A DNA stretch of 64,000 bases from Candidatus Multivoradales bacterium (GTDB taxonomy: Bacteria; Acidobacteriota; Thermoanaerobaculia; Multivoradales; JAHEKO01): assembly GCA_965223855.1 (NCBI GenBank), contig CBDCXM010000009.1, positions 3,136,001-3,200,000 of the forward strand, written 5' to 3'. The notes under the pieces are model-generated. The model saw only the letters and a list, made by a program, of their open reading frames with translations, searched no databases and was not told where the DNA came from. Below are positions 48,701 to 56,054 of this stretch, in pieces; the first letter of the stretch is position 1, and each line of letters begins with the position of its first letter. The position numbers were made by a program, and so were the translations under genes.

Positions 48701-49078
48701 CGCCTATCGACAGGCGGCGGAGGATCTCAAGCGCGGCAGAGCCGCCGAGTTCCCCGCCGGCTGCTTCAGGCCGGCCCTGGGTTTCACACCACTCCCGCTC
48801 AAGACCTAGTAACAACGAGCCAGGGAGGTCCCGATTTACAAGCCAGCCGACAAGGCCGGGCCGCGGAGCCGTGCCCACTCGTCGTCAGAGTGACCTCAAG
48901 AGCGAACACCGGACCTCGAGAACCGGCCGACAGGCCCGAAACGCAGCTTCGAGAGCCGTGGTTTGGTTGAGCCTCCCGACGTCGAGGTTGCCCCATCACC
49001 CCTTCAGAGCCGTCCGGCAAACTCTTTTCCAAGAAGCGTGTGGCACCTCCTCTCGGGGGCACCTCTTCTCCGGGCCTC
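48701..49078 (+). mobile_element. Truncated third copy: last ~35 transposase codons, tail and right end
   Basis: AYRQAAEDLKRGRAAEFPAGCFRPALGFTPLPLKT with stop at 48809, a tail resembling copy 1, TGGCACCTC at 49041 and GGCACCTC at 49058. Confidence 0.8.
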
Positions 49079-49096
49079 TCCGGCGTCCTTTCCCAC

Positions 49097-50845
49097 TTAG
49101 GGGGTAGGAAGGTAGTGATGGAGGTGCCATCTCTCTAGCCAACCTACGATGTACTCCCGTGCTTCGTCGGGATTCTCATGCCCGCGCATTCCGACCTCCG
49201 TCAGTCCTTCCTCATAGCCGCTGACCCACTTGTCATGCAGACCCTGGGGACTGAAGTGCCACTTGTAGAGGTATACGCCGCACGGCAATTGCCACTCAAG
49301 GCGGGCAGCTTCCAACACCCACAGGTACTCGAAGCGCTCAAACTGAGTGTCAAAATCTGCCTTGTCTTTCGCGACCGATGGGCCGAAGAGCTGCCAGAGT
49401 CGTTCTCGGATGTGGCCGGACATTGCGAAGTAGACGCTTGATCCATATGCCTTCGCGTAGAGGTCGCTCGTAAGTACGCGATCCCCATCGAGACTCCGTA
49501 GCAGCGGCTGGCTATTCGGGAGAGCGTGGCTACCGCCTTCCTCCGCGACCGTGGGATCAAAGACGACGCGGGCCAGCATTCGGAAGTTCTTGCCTGCCAG
49601 CGCACTGATGCCGCACGAGTAGATCAAGAGCAATGCTGGATACCGACTTAGCCTCCTCCAGGCAGTGTACGTCTGTGCGTTCTTGTCTGCTGTCTTGACT
49701 GCGGCGAGTTCCTCGATCGTCCTCACGAGAGCTTGAGAATGATGAGGATCCTGCCCCCAATAGGCGACCGTGGTCGCTATACGCAAGAGCCCCTCTGTCA
49801 GAGCCTCGTATTCTTCGATGCGGTTCTTCATGGTCTCGCCATTCGGAGTTGGAGCAGACCAGCTCATGAGCTCCATGGCCGACCGGACCCGATCACGCTC
49901 ACCCGAGATGAGTCCGTCCATCCTTACTCGATGACGCGGCTCCGACACATAGGTTCTCGCGCGCTCCACCATCAGATCAATCGAGATAGGGTGCTGCCTG
50001 TCGAGGCCTTCAAGTGCTTGAAGTCGTTCGGCTAGCTCATCAAAGAACGAGTCTGCGCTGTCGATAGCGACTTGTACCGCTCCGGTCGCATCGACTATCT
50101 GGCGGCCCGAGTCACGCACTTGCCCTCCCCTAGCGGCCCAGTAGATGGGGAACGTCCTCTGCCGCGTCTCCCGGATGACCTCTCGGAGCGCAATGTCGTA
50201 GTCACCTGACCACCCGCATACCACTAGCCCGAAGTCACGGACTATTTCTCGGAGCATCCTCTTGCGATTCTGGTCGTACTTCGCAAGCTCTTCTTCGGTG
50301 TTCTTGATAGTTGGAGATAGGTAGTCTCCGTTGAGCTTCAAGAGCAAGCACTTCTGGTGAACAAGTGCGAGGGCGCCCTTGGCGTCGGCAGAAGTAGCCA
50401 CCACGGTAGGGTGCACTCCAACCGCCTCTAGCGCTGATTCAAGCAACCGATCGAAGTTGGTCGTGATGATGATCCTGACGTGACCAGACTTGCACAGTCG
50501 GGCGATGGCTCGATGTGCCTGGGTGGGTGCTTTCGAGCCATCGCCGTCCGAGTCAGACGGTTCAAAGTACGGCCGTAGGATTCCTTGACGCTCTACGGGG
50601 CCTGTTCCCAGATTCGTCACCACGCTGGAGTAGGTCGGCTCGCCAAAGCCTTGCTCCCGATACCAAGTCTCGGGATCATCGCCACAATCATCCCCCTTCA
50701 TAGTTCCCAGTTTTCGCACGAGGTCGAGAGCGATCTCATGGCCTGTTGGCATGCCAGCGGCCCGAGAAACGCCTGAACCCACGAGCAACGCGTAGGCTCC
50801 CGGATTGCCGTGGATGGCAAATGCCAACTGGTCAAGTGGGTCCAT
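49097..50845 (-). CDS. SIR2-like (SIR2_2) domain protein, putative anti-phage NADase
   Basis: LLVGSGVSRAAG, IITTNFDRLLE, LLKLNGDY, LVVCGWSG. Visibly lower GC (32/60 at 49621-49680). Start placed at ATG 50845. Confidence 0.85.
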   Translation of the reverse strand: MDPLDQLAFAIHGNPGAYALLVGSGVSRAAGMPTGHEIALDLVRKLGTMKGDDCGDDPETWYREQGFGEPTYSSVVTNLGTGPVERQGILRPYFEPSDSDGDGSKAPTQAHRAIARLCKSGHVRIIITTNFDRLLESALEAVGVHPTVVATSADAKGALALVHQKCLLLKLNGDYLSPTIKNTEEELAKYDQNRKRMLREIVRDFGLVVCGWSGDYDIALREVIRETRQRTFPIYWAARGGQVRDSGRQIVDATGAVQVAIDSADSFFDELAERLQALEGLDRQHPISIDLMVERARTYVSEPRHRVRMDGLISGERDRVRSAMELMSWSAPTPNGETMKNRIEEYEALTEGLLRIATTVAYWGQDPHHSQALVRTIEELAAVKTADKNAQTYTAWRRLSRYPALLLIYSCGISALAGKNFRMLARVVFDPTVAEEGGSHALPNSQPLLRSLDGDRVLTSDLYAKAYGSSVYFAMSGHIRERLWQLFGPSVAKDKADFDTQFERFEYLWVLEAARLEWQLPCGVYLYKWHFSPQGLHDKWVSGYEEGLTEVGMRGHENPDEAREYIVGWLERWHLHHYLPTP

Positions 50846-50865
50846 TCCAGTAACTTCCACGCCGT

Positions 50866-51039
50866 TCAGACGGACAGGTGTTTCCTTGGATGCCACAATC
50901 CCGCCAGCTGCCGCCGCAATGCCCTGAACACCTCCGACCACGTAGTGCCGGAGGCATGGACACTCGGCACCCCGACCACGGTGCCGACGATCACGCCGAA
51001 CAACGGGCGCTCTTCGAGGGCAACGTCGAAGCCCTGCAT
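50866..51039 (-). CDS. HicB-like small protein (57 aa, possibly degenerate)
   Basis: FDVALEERPLFGVIVGTVVGVPSVHASGTTWSEVFRAL resembles the HicB N-terminal beta-beta-beta-alpha pattern. Confidence 0.45.
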   Translation of the reverse strand: MQGFDVALEERPLFGVIVGTVVGVPSVHASGTTWSEVFRALRRQLAGLWHPRKHLSV

Positions 51040-51345
51040 CCGCCACAGGGGCGGCGGGCCTGCCTCGACGCCTCCCGACAGGCGGCGGCGATAGGGGAAC
51101 GGGTTCCCGCGAGAATCGTACATATGCTATTGGCCGAGTCTACACGCGGCGACTCCCCTCCCTTCGCTGCCCACGCCAAGGCGCAAGACCCCCAATTGAG
51201 CGGCGGCGGGCGCTGCACTTCGCTGCTACGCCACGCTCCCGAGGGGCCGCCAAACTCTTGCAGTCGTCTTGCAAGCCTGCTCGCACAGCCCCGAAACCGT
51301 AGGGGGGCAATCCAAGCAACTTGTTTGTTTTGTTGAACTTGGAAT

Positions 51346-51422
51346 TGGTCGGGACGGGGAGATTTGAACTCCCGACCCCCTGAACCCCATTCAGGTGCGC
51401 TACCAGGCTGCGCCACGTCCCG
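51346..51422 (-). tRNA. tRNA-Pro(GGG)
   Basis: CGGGACGTGGCGCAGCCTGGTAGCGCA, anticodon arm CCTGA-ATGGGGT-TCAGG, GTTCAAAT T-loop, encoded CCA. Confidence 0.97.
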
Positions 51423-51463
51423 ACCGGTGTGCGGCACGCGCCTGGGCGGGCACCGCGTCGGGG

Positions 51464-51492
51464 AGGATAGTACAGGGGACCGGCGCGGGCAA
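51464..51492 (-). promoter_or_regulatory. Putative sigma70 promoter of tRNA-Pro
   Basis: TTGCCC-N17-TATCCT. Confidence 0.4.
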
Positions 51493-51548
51493 ACCGTCGA
51501 GGGCCGCGCTGCAGCGCCCCGAAGCGGCTCCTCCGCTACCCGAAACCC

Positions 51549-53063
51549 TCAGGGCACGATTGCCGACCAGGCCGAGGTATCGCCACTCTCGAACCCATCG
51601 CTGAAAATCGGCACACAGTTCGCCGTACAACGCTCGAACGCCCCGATATCGAGCACCCCCTCCACCGGCCGAGCCTCGTCCAGCAGATGCTCCAGATACT
51701 GCCGGTCGAGCGGATGCTCCGGCTGCGTGTCCGGATGGAGCGCCGTCGCCGCGTCGACCGCATTCGACCCGCTCCCCAACCGGTAGTTCTGCGACCCCTC
51801 GTCGACGAACCCGGGACTCCCCGCCGTCACTCCCGAGCCGTCGTCGTCGATGGTCCCGGTGAGAGAGCCGTGGGAGTCGACCCACCCCGGCTTGGTCCAG
51901 TTGTTCCGCAGCGTCAGGTCGCCGTCGGCGTTCATCATCGCCAGCCGATTCCCTGACGCGGTGACGTAGAGCAGGTTGTTGCGCGCGTCGGCCGACTCGT
52001 CGTTGGTCGACAGCCTCATCAGCGTCGTGTTTCCCGAACGGGTCGAGACGACGGTGTTGTTGTAGAAGTAGAGATCGCCCTTGCGGTAGTTGGCGGGATT
52101 GCCGTTGTCGCCGCCGTAGTGGAGGATCTGGCTGTTGCCGGCGCCGTCGGGTTCGATGAGGATGTTGCCGTAGGCGAAGGTCTCGCGGTAGCTCGGCTCG
52201 GCGATGACGTTGGCGCTGTCGGCCTCGACCAGGTCGAGCTGGCGGTTGCCGCCCTCGATCCAGTTGTAGCGCACGACGAGCCCGGCCGACCGGTCCTTGA
52301 GGTTGTTGCCGTCGGCGCCGGCCCGCAGCGGGCCGAAGCGGTTGTACTGATAAAGCATGCCGATGCCGGCGGTGTAGGTGTTGTGCTGGAACGCGCTGCC
52401 GACGATGCCGTTGCCGTGGATCTCGTTGCGTTCGATCCTGACGTCGCGGGTGTCGCCGTCGAAGTCGCCGATGAAGATGCCGTTGCCGGAGTCGTGGATC
52501 TCGCAGTCGCGGATCACGAGGTGTTCCGCCTTCTCGACGTAGATCGAGGCGGCGTTGTCGGCATAGGTCTCGACCCCGCCGGAGTCGTTGGTGAAGGTGT
52601 ACGGCGGCCGGCCAGAGCGGATCTCGAGCCCTTCAACCACGATGTGCGCGGGCAGGCCGTCGGGCGGAACGCTCGAGCCGCCGATCTTGATCACCCCTCG
52701 CACCTCGTTCCAGTAGCTGAGCTGCGGCCGGGTGGTGGCGCCGTCGCCGTCGATCACCGGACGCTCGCCGTTGGGGCCCGGGAGGCCGCGGACGACGATC
52801 GGCTCGGCCGCCGTGCCGCGGGCGTTGACGACCCACTTCTCCTTGTAGGGGGCGGCTCGCCAGTGGATGAGCACCCGATCACCGGCGGCGAGCGACTCCC
52901 AGGGGACGTCGGAGATCGCCGCCAGCGGCTGGCCGGGGCCGACGTTGTAGTCGGTGGCCGCCAGCGGCGCCGCCGGCAGGAGGGCGAGCAGGCAGGCGGC
53001 AGTCCACCTCCCGGGCGCACGCCCCGTCTGGCACTTCTCCATCCTCGCGAGGCCTCGGAGCAT
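51549..53063 (-). CDS. Secreted right-handed parallel beta-helix protein (polysaccharide-lyase-like) with C-terminal IFSDGFESGDTSAWS tag
   Basis: Signal peptide, Asn-rich beta-helix repeats (IHDSGNGIF, YNNTVV), DIGAFE and the terminal tag. Confidence 0.8.
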   Translation of the reverse strand: MLRGLARMEKCQTGRAPGRWTAACLLALLPAAPLAATDYNVGPGQPLAAISDVPWESLAAGDRVLIHWRAAPYKEKWVVNARGTAAEPIVVRGLPGPNGERPVIDGDGATTRPQLSYWNEVRGVIKIGGSSVPPDGLPAHIVVEGLEIRSGRPPYTFTNDSGGVETYADNAASIYVEKAEHLVIRDCEIHDSGNGIFIGDFDGDTRDVRIERNEIHGNGIVGSAFQHNTYTAGIGMLYQYNRFGPLRAGADGNNLKDRSAGLVVRYNWIEGGNRQLDLVEADSANVIAEPSYRETFAYGNILIEPDGAGNSQILHYGGDNGNPANYRKGDLYFYNNTVVSTRSGNTTLMRLSTNDESADARNNLLYVTASGNRLAMMNADGDLTLRNNWTKPGWVDSHGSLTGTIDDDGSGVTAGSPGFVDEGSQNYRLGSGSNAVDAATALHPDTQPEHPLDRQYLEHLLDEARPVEGVLDIGAFERCTANCVPIFSDGFESGDTSAWSAIVP

Positions 53064-53139
53064 GCCCAGACGGTAGCGAGGCCGCCCGGTCGGCGCTGTG
53101 AAGCCTGTAGCTCGCCGGCTGCGGTGCCCCGAGGGCGCT

Positions 53140-53598
53140 TCAGTCGTCGAGCAGTTCGAGGATCGCCTGCGCCTCTTCGAGGGCGGCACCGATCCCTTCG
53201 CGCAGGCGCTCGGCCTCGCCGTCGTCGACCGGCTCGGCGGCGTCTTCCTCCTCGGCGGCGTCCTCCGACGCCTTCGCGGCGGTCTTCTTCACCGCTTTCT
53301 TCGCCGCCTTCTTCGCCGGCTTCGCGCTCTTCTCAGGCGCCGCCTTCGGGCCGCCGTCGGCGATCTCGCTGTCGAGCTTCTTCTTCGCTCCGGCGATCGT
53401 AAACCCTTCTTCGTAAAGGAGTTCCTTGATCCTGCGGATGAGCTGGAAGTCGTCCTCGCCGTAGACTCGCTGGCCGGACTTGCTCTTGCTGGGACTGAGG
53501 ACCGAGAACTCGGTCTCCCAGTAGCGCAGCACGTACGGCTGGATGTCGAGGATCTTGCAGGCCTCGCCGATCTTGTAGTAGAGCTTTTCCTTGGCCAC
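53140..53598 (-). CDS. MerR family transcriptional regulator (ihfA-linked type)
   Basis: KLYYKIGEAC...PYVLRYWETEF...LLYEEGFTIAGA. Confidence 0.9.
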   Translation of the reverse strand: MAKEKLYYKIGEACKILDIQPYVLRYWETEFSVLSPSKSKSGQRVYGEDDFQLIRRIKELLYEEGFTIAGAKKKLDSEIADGGPKAAPEKSAKPAKKAAKKAVKKTAAKASEDAAEEEDAAEPVDDGEAERLREGIGAALEEAQAILELLDD

Positions 53599-53651
53599 TG
53601 GCTACAGCCTCCCGTGCCGTCGGTCCCGCCGTCGACGCGGTTGCGTGGGGT

Positions 53652-54065
53652 TCAGTTGTCGGAACCGCCGGGCTTGAAGACCGCTTCCTTCAGCCGGTGG
53701 GCCGGGCGGAAGCTCAAGCCGTTGCGGGGAGGGATGAAGATGCGCTCGCCGCTCGAGGGATCGACTCCCATGCGTCCCTGGCGGGGGACGACTTCGAAGA
53801 CGCCGAAGTTCTGGATCTTCACCGCCTGCCCATCGAGCAGGCTCGACTTCATGGTCTGAAAGATCGAATCGACGACCTCGGCGGCCTCCGCCTTGGTGAT
53901 GCCGCCGTGGCTTCGATAGACCAGCTCCACGAGGTCGGCCTTGGTGCGGCTGGCGGCGGTGCGCTCGACCTGAGAGGCCGCGCTCGAGCCGGCTGCCTTG
54001 TTGGCTCGGGCCCCCTTGGCCTGGGCGCCCTTACCCTTGCCGCCCGCCTTCCCGGCGTCCGCCAT
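53652..54065 (-). CDS. Integration host factor alpha / HU family DNA-binding protein
   Basis: TKADLVE, VKIQNFGVFEV, GVDPSSGE, SFRP; lies upstream of the MerR gene as ihfA usually does. Confidence 0.88.
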   Translation of the reverse strand: MADAGKAGGKGKGAQAKGARANKAAGSSAASQVERTAASRTKADLVELVYRSHGGITKAEAAEVVDSIFQTMKSSLLDGQAVKIQNFGVFEVVPRQGRMGVDPSSGERIFIPPRNGLSFRPAHRLKEAVFKPGGSDN

Positions 54066-54185
54066 CTCTACCTGTCGTCTCCCGACTGCGGGCTTCCCGC
54101 AGGCTCCTCACGCACCGTTCGCGCCCCCCGGCTGATGCGATCTCTCTCTCGAACCCTCACAAATCACCTCAGAAGTAACGCTTGA

Positions 54186-54214
54186 AGTATAGGGATCGGC
54201 GGGTGCCCTTTCAA
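54186..54214 (-). promoter_or_regulatory. sigma70 promoter of the IHF/HU-MerR unit
   Basis: TTGAAA-N17-TATACT. Confidence 0.65.
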
Positions 54215-54237
54215 GCTCCCCGACCTTCCTTCTGGCA

Positions 54238-55546
54238 TCAGGTCCGGCGGCGAATGACCAGCCGCACGGGAACCCCCTGGAGACCCAGAGCCTCGCGAAT
54301 CCCGTTCTCCAGATAGCGCCGGTAGCTGCTCGAACGCGGAAGCGTGCGGTTGGCGAACAGCATGAAGGTCGGGGGGCGCGAGGTGACCTGCGTGGCGTAG
54401 TAGAACTTCCACGGCCTCCCCTGCTCGGACGGCGGGCGGTGGCGGGAGAGCAGGCGGTGGAAAAGGTCGTTGACCTCCGAAGTGCCCAGCGTCGTCTCGA
54501 GCATGCCGAGCGCCCCCTCGACCGCCGGCATCAGCTTCTCGACGCCGCGGCCGCTGGCGGCGGAGGTGTTGACCCGCCTGGGCGTCGCCAGCAGGCCGTC
54601 GAGGCGTGGCCAGGAGCCGTCCAGATGCTCGCGGCTCTCCTCATCGAGCAGATCCCACTTGTTGACGGCGACCACCGCCACCCGGCCCAGCTCCCAGATC
54701 GCGCCGGCGATCGCCAGATCTCCCGAGGTGACGCCAGCGGTCGCGTCGATGACGAGGATCGCCAGATCGGCCGCCTCCACCTGGCGACGCGCCATCATCA
54801 CCGCCAGCTCCTCGGGGGTGTCCTCGACCTTGCTGCGGCGGCGGATGCCGGCGGTATCGACCAGCACGTAGGGCCGTCCCTCGTACTCGAGCGTCGTGTC
54901 GACCGGATCGCGGGTGGTCCCGGGGCGGTCGGCGACCAGCGAGCGCTCCTTCCCGACCAGGCGGTTGAGGAGCGACGACTTGCCGACGTTCGGCCGCCCG
55001 ACGATCGCCAGCCGTGGAGCGTCGGGGGCGAGGTCGGGGTCGCTCTCACCGACGTGCCCGTCGAGCGCCTCGAGCAGGTCGGGGATACCGAGGCCGTGCT
55101 CCGCCGAGACCAGCACCCCCTCGCCCAGCCCGAGACGGGCGAACTCGTGCACGTTCTCCTGCGCCAGCTTGGTGTCTCCCTTGTTGACGGCGAGGACGGT
55201 CCGGCTTGCCGCGCGGGCGCAGCTCCTGCCAGACCCGCTCGTCGGCGGCCGTCAGCCCTTCCTTGCCGTCGACCACCAGCACCAAAACGTCGCTCTCCTC
55301 CACCGCCAGCTCGACCTGCCGGTTGAGGCCGATCGGGTCGTCGCCCGGCACGAGCCCACCAGTGTCGATCAGGTGGGCATGGCGGCCGGCGCCGACGGAG
55401 AGGGTCCCGGTGACCCGGTCGCGGGTCACACCCGGCTTGTCGTGGACGATCGCCTGCCGCCGTCCGACGAGGCGGTTGAAGAGCGTCGACTTGCCGACGT
55501 TCGGCCGGCCGACGATGGCGATCGTCGGTCTCGCGCCGCCGGTCAC
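54238..55546 (-). CDS. der: Ribosome biogenesis GTPase Der (EngA), apparent +1 frameshift near 55201
   Basis: Two GRPNVGKS G-domains in different frames; removing one base restores [12 protein letters not shown]. Confidence 0.92.
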
Positions 55547-56011
55547 TGCTCGAGGATGGTGCGAAAGAGCACCCGCCAGCCGTCGCCGTCGCGCTTGAGC
55601 TGGTACTTGACCCGGTAGCTCTTCTCGACGTCCTCCGCCAGCAGGCCGTCGCTGCCGAGCGCATGCATTCGGACGTTCCACACCTCGTGGGTCGTGACGT
55701 AGGCGTTGGTGCTGTGCCAGAGCGTGGCTGTCCTCGACCTCGACCTGCAGGAACTCGGGCGCGAGGTATCGGCCCTGGTCGGCGAGCTCGGAGATCAGCA
55801 TCTGGATGCGCGCCAGCTCTTTCTCGGCAGCGTAGGGGCGCAGCGGCTCGAGATCGCCACTCTGATACGCCACCGCCAGCAGCGGCAGGAACTGCGCCAG
55901 CGAGGCCTCGATCGACGCCTCGTCGATCGCCACGGTCTCTGCGCTCGGCTCACAGGCCGGCACGGAAAGGGCGATCAACGGCGCCAGCAGGAGAGTTGCG
56001 GCTCTCGACAC
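55543..56011 (-). CDS. Hypothetical lipoprotein, apparent +1 frameshift near 55728
   Basis: Lipobox VPAC; continues in another frame as ...[10 protein letters not shown]...[13 protein letters not shown]...EQ, with the stop overlapping the der GTG. Confidence 0.6.
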
Positions 56012-56054
56012 CGCGAGAGTCTACCCCAGCCGCTCGAAGCGCCCCTGTCGAGCC

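Larger units (their letters stand above)
47456..48704 (+). mobile_element. RAYT-like HUH element, copy 2
   Basis: GAAGTGCCACTCGAATC at 47491 (67 nt before the ATG, same as copy 1); right motif TGGCACCTC at 48684. Confidence 0.75.

Noticed and set aside
50846-51046. N-terminal extension of the SIR2 ORF to 51046
   Set aside because: SIR2-like sequence begins at MDPLDQLAF, and the upstream DNA is better explained by the HicB-like frame.
55046-56011. Lipoprotein-GTPase fusion protein
   Set aside because: It is produced by the frameshift near 55728. The natural stop/start overlap (GTGA) is at 55543-55546.
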